Of a stretch of DNA of 46,587 nt, positions 17,247 to 26,736 are shown one piece after another (the stretch's first letter is position 1; the number at the start of each line of letters is the position of its first letter). Position numbers and translations under genes: made by a program. The notes under the pieces were generated by a model. The model was not told where the DNA came from. It saw only the letters and a list, made by a program, of their open reading frames with translations, and did not search any database. The stretch is from a virus (taxonomy: Duplodnaviria > Caudoviricetes). The stretch covers positions 1 through 46,587 of the IMG/VR virus record IMGVR_UViG_3300042363_001419. One strand, 5' to 3'.

Positions 17247-19081
17247 TATATTGAAAGTTTAAGTAATTTCTCCTTACGAGGTTCAGAGTCTGAGCCGAAC
17301 CAATCGCTTAAGCTGTCTTTGTATAGTTTATCGTTCTGTAATTTAACTAGCACTGGGCTATGAATAATATCTCTGTACTCAACGTTTTCCAGTGCAGCAA
17401 GACCTTTCTTGTATTCAACGTCCCAACCCTTTGCACCAGTTTTCTTTTCCCATTCAGAGTATTCTTCATTTGAATAGAATGGTTTTACGTCCTTACCCTT
17501 TTTTGCAACAACCAACGGGGTCATTACTTTAAATACTCTGCCTTGATCAAATAGTTCTGGCCAATACTTATTAAAGAAGTTTATCAGTAGAGCAGCAATT
17601 GAGTCTCCATCCGGATCTGCATCAGTATAGATGTACACCTTGCCATATCTTAGATCCTTTGGTTCCTCTCCTAATTTAATTCCTAATGAAGCCATTAACT
17701 GAACAACCTCATCGTTCTGAATGACTCCAGAATTTGTCATCTCACTAACGTTTAGAAACTTACCCTTTAATGGAAATGCTCCAAAGTTCTGAGGATCTCT
17801 AAACTTACGAACTGCTGAAAGAGCTGACATACCCTCGAATATTCCCAACACGCATTTATTACGGTCTTTGCCCTTTGCATCAATTAGCTTTAATACTTTA
17901 GTGTTTGATAATGACTTATTTAATTTACGAAGTTCGGCTCTCTCTTCTGCATTCTTCTTTTGTTCTATCCAATCAAGTAGAGACTGAATTACTTCAGAGG
18001 AAAATACGGCCTTTGCAAACTTCTCAGTAACATCGTGTTTTGTACCAAAATCTTTTGCTTCAGTAATTAATTTCTCTTTGGTTTGAGAAGAGAACGCTGG
18101 ATTAATTACAGTACAGTTTATAAAAAGAAACATGTGATTCTTAATCTCAGATGGTTTAACATCAACCTTATGTTTCTTTTTAATCATGGTTCTTAAATAT
18201 TCAATTACCTGATTAATAATATAGGTTTCATGGGTTCCACCGTCCTTGGTTTGAATTGAGTTCACGAAAGAAACAGATTGATACCCGTCTTTTGAAACTC
18301 CCATTGCAAATTCCCAGTCCTTTGACTTTTCCCAAATGGAATCAGTTACATAAAGATCAACATACTCTTTAAATGTTTTGAATCGATACTTCTCTCCACA
18401 GAATTCAAGTTTAAGACCTGGATTTGCGGCTGCAATATCAATTACGCGTTTACGCATCATCTTCCAATGAGAGTCATTAATCTCAGTCATTTCAAAACGA
18501 GCAAGATCAGGTACGTAAGTTATTTCAGTAAAGCCTTGAGAACTCTTTGAAATTTTGGCTTGAGTTCTTTTAGCCATGTTATCAGTAAATATCTGAAGCA
18601 GGCGGTTCTTACCATCAGCTGTATCAATTATAAACTTCTTTGAGAAGATATTTACAAGAGATGCACCAACTCCATTGGTTCCAGCAACAGTACGGCCTTC
18701 ATCGTCATTGAAATTGGAACCTGCTCTAAGATTAGAGAAGATTAATTCTGGAATCCAAACCTTATGTTGCGGATGTTGAACTACTGGAATTCCGCCGTTA
18801 TCCCATACAGTAATACTGTCTTGAGTAACGTTTACTTTAATGGTGTTTATTTTACCTGAACGTTTGTGTTCGTCTACTGAATTTGAAATGATCTCATCAA
18901 ATAATTTAAGAAAACCTGGATTGTAGGTTAATTCTTCCTTTTCGTAGACACCATCCTGTAAGATCCATTCATTTGCTGTATGTGGTTTTGTTGAACCAAT
19001 ATACATGCCAGGTCTTTTGAGAACGTGCTCAATCTCGTCGAGCAACTGGTATTTCTTACCTATTTCTTTGTTAACTGCCAT
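17246..19081 (-). CDS. gp39: DNA topoisomerase II, ATPase/TOPRIM subunit (T4 gp39+gp60 fused type)
   Basis: EHVLKRPGMYIGS, DEIISNSVDE, DNGGIP, GTNGVG, EGMSA, PLKGK, TDADPDG, YKKGL. Confidence 0.95.
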   Translation of the reverse strand: MAVNKEIGKKYQLLDEIEHVLKRPGMYIGSTKPHTANEWILQDGVYEKEELTYNPGFLKLFDEIISNSVDEHKRSGKINTIKVNVTQDSITVWDNGGIPVVQHPQHKVWIPELIFSNLRAGSNFNDDEGRTVAGTNGVGASLVNIFSKKFIIDTADGKNRLLQIFTDNMAKRTQAKISKSSQGFTEITYVPDLARFEMTEINDSHWKMMRKRVIDIAAANPGLKLEFCGEKYRFKTFKEYVDLYVTDSIWEKSKDWEFAMGVSKDGYQSVSFVNSIQTKDGGTHETYIINQVIEYLRTMIKKKHKVDVKPSEIKNHMFLFINCTVINPAFSSQTKEKLITEAKDFGTKHDVTEKFAKAVFSSEVIQSLLDWIEQKKNAEERAELRKLNKSLSNTKVLKLIDAKGKDRNKCVLGIFEGMSALSAVRKFRDPQNFGAFPLKGKFLNVSEMTNSGVIQNDEVVQLMASLGIKLGEEPKDLRYGKVYIYTDADPDGDSIAALLINFFNKYWPELFDQGRVFKVMTPLVVAKKGKDVKPFYSNEEYSEWEKKTGAKGWDVEYKKGLAALENVEYRDIIHSPVLVKLQNDKLYKDSLSDWFGSDSEPRKEKLLKLSI

Positions 19082-19116
19082 ATTGATCTATTGTATTTGT
19101 AAAGAGCCAAAAGGTT

Positions 19117-19572
19117 TTACCTATATTTTTCTATTTGGGTTTCAGCGTGCTCGATTAACCACTTTTCAGGTTTTTCTAATTTATGCAAAAAGTTAAGTTC
19201 ATAAGTGTAACACAAACGTTCTTCATCTTTATGCCACATCCAAATTCCCTGTTGAGTAATTCTTAAATGAATGCTTTCATGCACAATTACGGCAGCCATA
19301 TTCTGTATGCCTAGCTTAACGTCGTTTGCTGAGATAAAGATTGTACCCTTAGTGTCTTTGTCTCCAGCATTGCTTGAGAAGTTTGCATTAAAGAAACTTA
19401 TTGTATCACAGGATTGCAATACATTATTATAATAATAGGGTGAATTAGCCTTGATTAGCATCAGGGCAGAATCAGCTAGCGACCGCCAGTCGTCTCCGGC
19501 CTGGTCAATTACAATTTGAGATTTGGCTGATACTGACAACAGTAGCATCAGCGCAAGAAGAGTCTTTCGCAT
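19117..19572 (-). CDS. Secreted protein with HExxH metallopeptidase-like motif
   Basis: Signal peptide (AKS/Q); AAVIVHESIH...EE. Confidence 0.6.
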   Translation of the reverse strand: MRKTLLALMLLLSVSAKSQIVIDQAGDDWRSLADSALMLIKANSPYYYNNVLQSCDTISFFNANFSSNAGDKDTKGTIFISANDVKLGIQNMAAVIVHESIHLRITQQGIWMWHKDEERLCYTYELNFLHKLEKPEKWLIEHAETQIEKYR

Positions 19573-19601
19573 GGTACTATTATACTAAAAGTCTAGGAGA
19601 C

Positions 19602-20747
19602 TTAGTTAAATTCTACTCCTGGAATTCCCATAATTTGAGAAGCCATGTCCTTGAGTAGGGCAGTATGATTTGTATAATTGACAGTTTGGTGCCAGTATGG
19701 AGTCTTTGTCTTAGAGTTTAGCACAACATTATTGCTGGTTAGGCCTGCAAATTTCTTAAGAGCTTGAGCTGACATATTAACTGGTCTTGCAACTAGTCTA
19801 CCTTCATGGTTGGTTACATGAAATGGTTGACCTAGACCGGCCATGTTTACTTTCCAACCGTTTCGTTCTACTTGATTTACGTATTCAGCATAGAATAAAA
19901 ACAGTCTCTTCTTACCCTCTACTTCAGGACCAAGAACCAATATGGTACTACCTTTTCCTGGGTTGGGCCCAGCTTCGTTTACTCGTTCATCGTCATCTAA
20001 CGAATCCGCTGGATCTGAGTAGATATGTGAATAGGCTTTTGCACCTAGATTTATTAATCTTTCTAAAAAGTCGTCATTCCGTAATTGTTTAAATACTAGA
20101 TTCTCAATTGAGAACTCGCCGTTTGCAGCAAGACCCTCTTTACGAGCTTTCATTATCTTTTGCTTTAGGGCAGAGATACGGTCTTGAGCTTCACGAGCTT
20201 GAGTAGAGTCAGTGTTGTCAACTTCCTTTTCAAGTTCTTCAATCTCAACCTTATATGCTTCAACTTTACGTAAAACATCATTCTCATCAATCTGTGGCTC
20301 TGTAGGTTTGGGTTCAATTATCCATTCGTCTTTTAGCAATGAATAAAGACCTGATGCAACGTGGGGTTCATTATGATCTTGAGCATAGAGTTCAACATCA
20401 AAACCTTTAATTTTAACTGGGTGTCTTAGATTCCAAATGAATCTTAAGCCGTCAACTGCTTTTTTAACCATGTCAACGTCGCTTCCGATTTGTTCAAAAT
20501 CAAGTAGAACGTGAACGTCCAAGTCAGAGTGTTCAGTCCAGTTAAAGTTAGCTAGGGAACCGGTCAGGTGAATGTCAATAATTGGGGCCTCGACCTTAAG
20601 GTCAGTATAGAAATCGGTTGCGATTTGCAATAGTTTAGTACGGGTTTCAGGATCAAACTTGCCGTCCTGCCAAAATACTGGATTTAATTCGCCTTTGTAA
20701 AACTGGCCCTCAGTTATAAAAGAGCTATAAGGTTTTAAGTGTTTCAT
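19602..20747 (-). CDS. Pol-beta superfamily nucleotidyltransferase with capsid-targeting-like N-terminus
   Basis: LTGSLANFNW...SDLDVHV (GS + DxD) and VELY third acidic residue; GEFSIENLVFK motif; N-terminus MKHLKPYSSFITE; late promoter at 20752-20760. Confidence 0.8.
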   Translation of the reverse strand: MKHLKPYSSFITEGQFYKGELNPVFWQDGKFDPETRTKLLQIATDFYTDLKVEAPIIDIHLTGSLANFNWTEHSDLDVHVLLDFEQIGSDVDMVKKAVDGLRFIWNLRHPVKIKGFDVELYAQDHNEPHVASGLYSLLKDEWIIEPKPTEPQIDENDVLRKVEAYKVEIEELEKEVDNTDSTQAREAQDRISALKQKIMKARKEGLAANGEFSIENLVFKQLRNDDFLERLINLGAKAYSHIYSDPADSLDDDERVNEAGPNPGKGSTILVLGPEVEGKKRLFLFYAEYVNQVERNGWKVNMAGLGQPFHVTNHEGRLVARPVNMSAQALKKFAGLTSNNVVLNSKTKTPYWHQTVNYTNHTALLKDMASQIMGIPGVEFN

Positions 20748-20771
20748 CTAGGTTATTTATCAGCCAAATAT

Positions 20772-21578
20772 TTAGCTGACGTAAGTTTTTACGTATTTAT
20801 CCCAGAGAACCGGGTCGAACCTTTCTGCATGGGATCTTAGGTAATTATAGTACTTACTGTAACACTCGGTGATAATTTGAAGACCACAACGATTTAAAGG
20901 CTTGTTCGAAATATCATTTGAACCCAGCTTATGGTTATTAAAATTTTCAGGATTGTCAATGTCTCCGCTCTGCTTATGGCCAGCTAATTCAGATGGGTCG
21001 GACCAGTTAAAACAATAAGATGGAATATATTCCTTGGTATGCTCGTTCAATTGACCCTCGTCCCTAAGCTTGGTGTACCAGCTTAAACCTTCATATCCGG
21101 TCAAGTCAGTTCTAAATCCAATCTCCTTGATTCTAGCCATCTTAACTATTACTGATGCCTCCATTGTATTACGTACCATTTCAAGTTTGTGATGAGTTGC
21201 AAAGAAACTCTCTTCAGGTTTCCATGAGTCCTTACCATTTGAGGTAATACCTTCCACCGCTTGTCTGAAATGCCATGGCAAGTAAATATCATCGTCATCA
21301 GCTAGCATGAAGTAGTCGCCAGTTGCATGAGTGACTGCATCTCGGCAGATTGAACCTCGATTGGTGTAAGCCAATCCGGTTTCATAGTCAATTCCGTTAT
21401 TAACAACAACTATATTTGAGTGTTCAAGACTTGAATCCAGGCTAAATGGATTCTGCTCGTCAGTATTAAAGATAATTAATTCTGAGTTTCGGTAATCCTG
21501 TTGTAGGTACTGTTCGATAATGCGCTCAACGCAACGGTACCTGCGAAATGTTGTGCAGACAAAACTTAGTTTTTTCAT
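20772..21578 (-). CDS. Glycosyltransferase family 2 (GT-A)
   Basis: SFVCTTF, QQDY.NSELII, GDYFMLADDDDIYLP. Confidence 0.85.
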   Translation of the reverse strand: MKKLSFVCTTFRRYRCVERIIEQYLQQDYRNSELIIFNTDEQNPFSLDSSLEHSNIVVVNNGIDYETGLAYTNRGSICRDAVTHATGDYFMLADDDDIYLPWHFRQAVEGITSNGKDSWKPEESFFATHHKLEMVRNTMEASVIVKMARIKEIGFRTDLTGYEGLSWYTKLRDEGQLNEHTKEYIPSYCFNWSDPSELAGHKQSGDIDNPENFNNHKLGSNDISNKPLNRCGLQIITECYSKYYNYLRSHAERFDPVLWDKYVKTYVS

Positions 21579-22225
21579 AATACGTATTTTTGGTAGGCGT
21601 CACGATAGATTTTCTCGCTACCTGATTTAATCCACAGATCAGATGGGTAACGATCATCGTCTTGCCAAATTAATAGCTCCTTAGCTAAATAGAATTTTTT
21701 ACTAAAGGTTGAACAGTGAATGTAGATAATGTCAATTAAGTTACGGTCATTTGGATACGAGAGTACAGTATCATAGAATCGACTATTAATTGCATAGGCA
21801 TGCGCTCCGTAAACTCCATCAGTCCTTACAATATTCTGAGTAACTGGTTTGCATGGACTTGCAGGCTCTCCGCCAAAAAAGAACATGTCCCAGTCCACTG
21901 CCTTTAGATTAGAGATACACGCTTTGGCCTTGCTCATGAAATCATCTATGAAAATACAGTCGTCTTCAAATATGAGACATGTATCCCAACCATTAGCCTT
22001 TGCGATTTTAATGCATTCCTGATGAGAGGCTGCACTACTAACTTTTTTATGCCAATTAGGATCTTCTGGATTTTTTACTACCTCATCTGGGCCAAATGCA
22101 ATTGCCTGGAATCTAGGAATTACCAAGCCAGCTTCAAGAGCCTTGGCCTCGAATGATTCCCTACGGTCAAGACGACTTTCTAAATTTATATAGAAAGCTC
22201 CGTCAAAATAGTCGAAGTACTTCAT
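21575..22225 (-). CDS. Glycosyltransferase family 25-like
   Basis: FYINLESRLDRR, ASH, LIFEDD, WDMFFFG, GAHAYAIN. Confidence 0.85.
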   Translation of the reverse strand: MKYFDYFDGAFYINLESRLDRRESFEAKALEAGLVIPRFQAIAFGPDEVVKNPEDPNWHKKVSSAASHQECIKIAKANGWDTCLIFEDDCIFIDDFMSKAKACISNLKAVDWDMFFFGGEPASPCKPVTQNIVRTDGVYGAHAYAINSRFYDTVLSYPNDRNLIDIIYIHCSTFSKKFYLAKELLIWQDDDRYPSDLWIKSGSEKIYRDAYQKYVL

Positions 22226-22788
22226 CTTCTTAATAAAGCTTGTTGATCAGTAAAGTAATCTAAGGTAAATCCATTTTCAAGCAGGTACGGTATTGTTAAC
22301 TTGCCTTTACCTTCCCATGCACTATTAAAGACATCGTCAATTAGAATAAAGCACTGGTCGTTTAACTTATCCCATGCAGCAATCGTTTCATTAAGCGAAT
22401 GGTTATGGCATGCGCGAACGTTTTCCTCATCTCCACAATAGTCAAAACTATCTAGGAAAAGTAGATCAATCTTTTTATCAAAGTTCTGTAGGTAGGCAAC
22501 TGAATCGCTAAGCGTGTATTTAACAAGCTCGCTCTCTGGCACAATCTCTTGAGATCTTTTAATATGCTCTGCATTTATATCAACCACATACACGGTTGAA
22601 CCAGTTTGTTTTGCATAGAATTCCCAGTTAAAGGTACTCCAACCGTCTCCCATTTTGCTTACCTCGCCAGTTCCTCGAATACAACCTGTCTCAACGATAT
22701 TAATTGGGGTTTCGCCATACGTATTACGTAAAATCTCTAGGACTTTTAGGAATGAGGCATTTCTACCAGTTACTGGTTTGTCAATCAT
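22222..22788 (-). CDS. Class I SAM-dependent methyltransferase (Methyltransf_24-like)
   Basis: IVETG, VVDI, DSV..L, IDLLFLDS, ILIDD. Confidence 0.8.
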   Translation of the reverse strand: MIDKPVTGRNASFLKVLEILRNTYGETPINIVETGCIRGTGEVSKMGDGWSTFNWEFYAKQTGSTVYVVDINAEHIKRSQEIVPESELVKYTLSDSVAYLQNFDKKIDLLFLDSFDYCGDEENVRACHNHSLNETIAAWDKLNDQCFILIDDVFNSAWEGKGKLTIPYLLENGFTLDYFTDQQALLRR

Positions 22789-22811
22789 ATAGATTTAAAA
22801 GTTTATTTTAT

Positions 22812-23021
22812 TTATCGGGTCCAGTACACTTCACCATCAACTAGGGCTTGCACGATTGTCTCGTCCTTTGCGATTGACCTAATATAGGCGGTTGGGTTCT
22901 TTACATTAGTATAAACCCGTTGTGTGTGGTTCTTGTAAACTACAGTTACTGTGTAACCTCCAGGCTTAAGACTTAACTCGTTAGTTCTAAACCTTTCCTG
23001 TACGACTATTGTTTTTGACAT
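22812..23021 (-). CDS. Hypothetical protein, 69 aa
   Basis: Start re-called at MSKTIVV to avoid overlap. Confidence 0.7.
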   Translation of the reverse strand: MSKTIVVQERFRTNELSLKPGGYTVTVVYKNHTQRVYTNVKNPTAYIRSIAKDETIVQALVDGEVYWTR

Positions 23022-23022
23022 A

Positions 23023-23214
23023 TTATTTCTCGAATAGAGCTCGCTGAATAAAACCAAGAATTGACATGAATAGAGTAATCGGCCAGGTTAGGATGATTAC
23101 AAGTCTTGCAATAAATGACTTAGCCACCTTGCGGTCTTTTTGTTTTGTATCTAGGTATTCAACTAGGCCTCCCCATAGAATACCGATTATTAAGTAAAGG
23201 GCAATATCTTTCAT
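23023..23214 (-). CDS. Small two-TM membrane protein
   Basis: YLIIGILW...ILTWP pattern; start re-called at MKDIAL. Confidence 0.65.
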   Translation of the reverse strand: MKDIALYLIIGILWGGLVEYLDTKQKDRKVAKSFIARLVIILTWPITLFMSILGFIQRALFEK

Positions 23215-23258
23215 AACTGTATTGTACATATTTAATAGCACTTGGTTTTTAGATTATT

Positions 23259-23681
23259 CTAAAAAACGGCTTGAGTTTCGCGAGCTTGATCGCGTTCCTT
23301 GAGTGATTGGCGCTTGTCCCAAAGCTTCTTACCTTTGGCCAAGGCGATTGAGAGTTTAATTAAACCTTTAGGGTTAACGAAGATTGATACTGGAATGATT
23401 GTGAGTCCCTTGTCCATCATCTTATCCAGCTTCTTTAGTTCCTTTTTAGTTAAGAGTAGAGTCCTCTCTCGCTTACCCGAATGTGAAAACGCAGATGCAG
23501 ATTCTTTGATGTATAACTCTCTTAGGAAACACTGGCCCTGTCTTAGCTCGCACCAGGCTCCGGTAAAATCGACATTACCTGCCTTAATAGACTTGACCTC
23601 CGATCCAGTAAGCGAAATACCCGCGGTCCATCTCTCTAAAAATTCGTATTCGTGTCTGGCTTTCCTATTCTCTGCGATCAT
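23259..23681 (-). CDS. smpB: SsrA-binding protein SmpB
   Basis: IAENRKARHEY, AGISLTGSEVKS, RERTLLL.KKE, GLTIIP, ALAKGKKLWDKR. Confidence 0.95.
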   Translation of the reverse strand: MIAENRKARHEYEFLERWTAGISLTGSEVKSIKAGNVDFTGAWCELRQGQCFLRELYIKESASAFSHSGKRERTLLLTKKELKKLDKMMDKGLTIIPVSIFVNPKGLIKLSIALAKGKKLWDKRQSLKERDQARETQAVF

Positions 23682-23702
23682 TTACCCTGTCTTTATGGGT
23701 TA

Positions 23703-24962
23703 TTATACCACAAGATTTAGGTAGAAGTTAGAGTAACCTTGACTAGCAACGCTTGTGTCGACTGCCTCACCATTCAATTTAATTTCAGGAAATGGCGATT
23801 GAAACTTAATAGTAAGGTTTGACCCTACTTCTGAAAATATGCTTAAATCCTCTACACCTGCTGATAAGTCAATGGATCCTTGCGAATGACCTGCCAAATC
23901 AAGGGTTATTCTTTTTGGCGAAACTCGAGTTCGGCCAATTGTAAAGTTTTTAGTAGTTAGTTCAACGTGAAAATCTGGATTGTCCCAGCCGTAAATTGCA
24001 AATCTGACCAATGGTAGGTCAGGTCTAATAATTTCCTTAAGTGGTAAACTGTTTGAGACTGAGGCTGACTCGATTTCATAACCTGGAGCATTTGTTATAA
24101 AATTAAAATTAGATAGGTCGGTCACCTCACCAAAAAAGATGTGGCTACCTACCCAAGCCAATGCTAGATCTGACATGTTGTTGATTTGATCCTGGTTAAG
24201 TGGACTTCCAGTATATCGTATTGGTAAAATAAGTTGGCTTGAGGTCCGGTTAAGACGTTTAACCTCTGCCATAAATTTTTTGAGTTCGCCAGCCGCATTA
24301 TTATAAGCGAGCTCAGTTGGCAAGGCCTTGATTTGATCATCAGTTCGGTTTATTCCGCGTGAAGTAAATAGGTCCCTAACAAATTGAAAGGCTTGATCTT
24401 TTACTTCAATTTTCTTTGCAGCAGCCGCAACTGTTTTATTAGAGGCAAAGTCTCTTGAGGTTAAGTCAATGTTAGTTACAATCCAATCTGCTGCCGTATT
24501 GAAAAATTCAAGAGGTTGATAACCGTCAAACTGCTTAACAGTTACGTCCTGATGTTTAAATCTGGTCGGTGGCATTCTTCTAATCTTGGCAGTCGCTAGG
24601 AAAATACCAATTGCATAATTATCATATCGATCTAGCATACCGGGTTTAGCAAAGACCAGATTAGCATTGGCTAATTGAACTGGTTTACTTATTAGTACAA
24701 GTCCAGCCTGTAAAAGTTTCTTGACTCCAGGAGTATCGCAAACCTGCTTGATCCAGCTGGTTTCAGGGTGCTTGCCCATTACTTCAATCCAATCAGGTCG
24801 ACCAACTAAGTTCTTGTAGGTATTGGCAATCTTTATGACTGCAGGTGCTGCAGCTTTTATAAGGTCAAATGGATTACCGCTGCCAAGCCCAAGGGATACC
24901 ATTTCTGAATCACCAGCGGTCCAATCATCTAGCCAGCTTTCGTATAGTTTAACGTGCTTCAT
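23703..24962 (-). CDS. Hypothetical late protein with capsid-targeting-like N-terminus
   Basis: MKHVKLYESW start; TATAAATAAC promoter at 24967-24976. Confidence 0.75.
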   Translation of the reverse strand: MKHVKLYESWLDDWTAGDSEMVSLGLGSGNPFDLIKAAAPAVIKIANTYKNLVGRPDWIEVMGKHPETSWIKQVCDTPGVKKLLQAGLVLISKPVQLANANLVFAKPGMLDRYDNYAIGIFLATAKIRRMPPTRFKHQDVTVKQFDGYQPLEFFNTAADWIVTNIDLTSRDFASNKTVAAAAKKIEVKDQAFQFVRDLFTSRGINRTDDQIKALPTELAYNNAAGELKKFMAEVKRLNRTSSQLILPIRYTGSPLNQDQINNMSDLALAWVGSHIFFGEVTDLSNFNFITNAPGYEIESASVSNSLPLKEIIRPDLPLVRFAIYGWDNPDFHVELTTKNFTIGRTRVSPKRITLDLAGHSQGSIDLSAGVEDLSIFSEVGSNLTIKFQSPFPEIKLNGEAVDTSVASQGYSNFYLNLVV

Positions 24963-24982
24963 ATAGGTTATTTATACCAAAA

Positions 24983-25007
24983 AAGGGAACCCCGTTGAGG
25001 TTCCCTT
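24983..25007 (-). terminator. Intrinsic terminator
   Basis: AAGGGAACC-loop-GGTTCCCTT with a T-run on the minus strand abutting the late promoter. Confidence 0.8.
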
Positions 25008-25030
25008 CTGATTTAGTAGGCATCACCTGA

Positions 25031-25198
25031 TTACTCAGGTTTCTGCTCAGGAGACGTGGTCTCAAGCTCCTTAATCAAAGCGTCAGCTGCCTCAACGGCA
25101 AGTTCCGGAATGATTGAGACTGCATGAGTATGGTCCATTAGCATTGCCTGCATTGCAGCCATTGCAAACATCTCCCTTTTAGTTAACGTGTTTTCCAT
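25031..25198 (-). CDS. Small phage protein, 55 aa (LTKREMFAMAAMQ...AVEAADALIKEL family)
   Basis: Read by hand; motif resembles the common phage LRDYFAAKAMQ...ADAML family. Confidence 0.75.
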   Translation of the reverse strand: MENTLTKREMFAMAAMQAMLMDHTHAVSIIPELAVEAADALIKELETTSPEQKPE

Positions 25199-25244
25199 AC
25201 AACTCTATTAAAAATATAATATACTAATATTGAGTATTGGTTGG

Positions 25245-25868
25245 TTATCTGGCCCAGGCAGTTGGCCGTTTTGAATTACTAGTTAGATCCCTGAAACCAT
25301 GTTCAACTGCATGATCTTTAAACTTTAATCTTAAATAGTTGTGAATTACTCGGATTCTGGCACGGACCATACCGTCACTCATGCCTAAGTTTTGAATTAC
25401 TTCTTTGACTGGTAAACCCTTAACAAAATGTTCTCTGCAAACATCAGCTGCAAGGTCATCATACTTTATTCGAATCAGATTAATTGCAAGCTCTCCCAAT
25501 TTATTAATTGACATTTCAGGTTGTTCGTCAGTAAGTTCAGTATAAATTGGTCGATAGTCTTCATCTGCCCATTTAGGTATAAGAGCAGTTTCATTAATAA
25601 CATTGTATCCATCGCCTTCAAACCATTTACGAGTTGCTTCACACCATGACCAGTAACACGATCTCATTAAGTAATTGATCATGTGCAGTTCGTTTTCAAA
25701 TTCCTTTTGGGTATCTCTAACTCGAATGGCAACCTTTAACGATCGGTAGTGGGCCTCATTGAGTACGTCCTCACTGATAACAACTCCACCGAATCTTTTA
25801 ATTGAAGCAACAGTAAATCCATTACCGGTGCCCCAAAATTTTTCAATTACCCTATCGGTTACTTTCAT
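25245..25868 (-). CDS. Divergent ECF/sigma-70-like factor or region-4 HTH regulator
   Basis: EDVLNEA region-2-like segment; GLPVKEVIQNLGMSDGMVRARI region-4 HTH. Confidence 0.6.
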   Translation of the reverse strand: MKVTDRVIEKFWGTGNGFTVASIKRFGGVVISEDVLNEAHYRSLKVAIRVRDTQKEFENELHMINYLMRSCYWSWCEATRKWFEGDGYNVINETALIPKWADEDYRPIYTELTDEQPEMSINKLGELAINLIRIKYDDLAADVCREHFVKGLPVKEVIQNLGMSDGMVRARIRVIHNYLRLKFKDHAVEHGFRDLTSNSKRPTAWAR

Positions 25869-25870
25869 GA

Positions 25871-25966
25871 TTAATCAGCATAATTAATCACAATGAATAA
25901 GACTCCAATAATCCAGACAGTCATGATAGTTATAATTAACCAATCAGTTCTTTTCCAACTTTTCAT
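25871..25966 (-). CDS. Small single-TM protein, 31 aa
   Basis: MKSWKRTDWLIITIMTVWIIGVLFIVINYAD, read by hand. Confidence 0.5.
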   Translation of the reverse strand: MKSWKRTDWLIITIMTVWIIGVLFIVINYAD

Positions 25967-25997
25967 TTGTTTAAATTTTTATTTGTTATTAATTTCC

Positions 25998-26008
25998 TAT
26001 TATACTAA
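25998..26008 (-). promoter_or_regulatory. Second promoter class, T(A/G)GTATAATA (representative copy)
   Basis: GTATAATA occurs upstream of genes on the minus strand at 2256, 11584, 16858, 19578, 23701, 25998, 26717, 33716, 44552 and 45109. Confidence 0.55.
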
Positions 26009-26009
26009 A

Positions 26010-26031
26010 AAAGCTTCCAATTGGAAGCTTT
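26010..26031. terminator. Palindromic terminator closing the fibre-gene array
   Basis: AAAGCTTCCAATTGGAAGCTTT with flanking T/A runs. Confidence 0.75.
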
Positions 26032-26035
26032 ATTT

Positions 26036-26314
26036 TTAGTTTTGCTGAGGAATAGGCATTGCCCCATTAGGGTCCGTCCATACTTCAGTTGCTAATAGAG
26101 TTAACATTTCAGAATGGGTGTAAGGACCTTCCTTAGTGCTTAGGGTCTCAACGAAAGCCGGTTGAGTCTCGCCGTCCCATTTGATAAAGGTTTTTGTGCC
26201 GTCTACTGATTTGCGAACGGTGTCAGCTGAAGTCTCTAGGACTTGAGTAAAGTCTACCTCGCTGATCTCGCTTACTGCGAAAACTAGGTACTGTCTTGAT
26301 TCGAATACTTGCAT
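26036..26314 (-). CDS. Small fibre-associated protein (paralog of 42214-42444)
   Basis: VSEISEVDF..V.ET...RKSVDGTKTFIKW; aligns with the 76-aa ORF. Confidence 0.75.
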   Translation of the reverse strand: MQVFESRQYLVFAVSEISEVDFTQVLETSADTVRKSVDGTKTFIKWDGETQPAFVETLSTKEGPYTHSEMLTLLATEVWTDPNGAMPIPQQN

Positions 26315-26334
26315 TTTAATTGGTTGTTATTTTT

Positions 26335-26712
26335 TTAGAGTGGGTTAGTTGGGTTAGGAAGTTCATCCCATGATTGAGTGATCTCGTTCCATGAGTAAGA
26401 TCCCTCACTTGGTCTTGGTGTTGGTGCAATCCAATCGCATAGAGTCTCGTCAAGAGACCATGATGGATAGGGTTTTGGTGAAATAAACGCGTCTAGTTCA
26501 GGATAGTATATGTATCCAATACCTGCGAATCTCTTACGGATATTTCCGTTATATGAAGTTTGTTTCCAATTTGAATAGTCATGAATCTGGGTTAGATAAG
26601 AGATACCTACCGATTCCTGTTCAACTCCATTTTCATCAAGTAAATTTACGTTATCCACAACGGACACGTGAACTACTAGATTGTCATTGTTTAATTTTGC
26701 AAAGTGTGCCAT
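26335..26712 (-). CDS. Small fibre-associated protein (MAHFA...WKQTSYN...FAGIG family)
   Basis: Motifs typical of genes following Gly-rich phage fibre genes. Confidence 0.75.
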   Translation of the reverse strand: MAHFAKLNNDNLVVHVSVVDNVNLLDENGVEQESVGISYLTQIHDYSNWKQTSYNGNIRKRFAGIGYIYYPELDAFISPKPYPSWSLDETLCDWIAPTPRPSEGSYSWNEITQSWDELPNPTNPL

Positions 26713-26736
26713 GTTTTATTATACTTGTTTTTTTAA

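Noticed and set aside
15486-19081. Intron, intein or T4 gene-60-type translational bypass in the topoisomerase
   Set aside because: Both subunits are contiguous and of normal length; the intervening 126-aa ORF shows no nuclease motif
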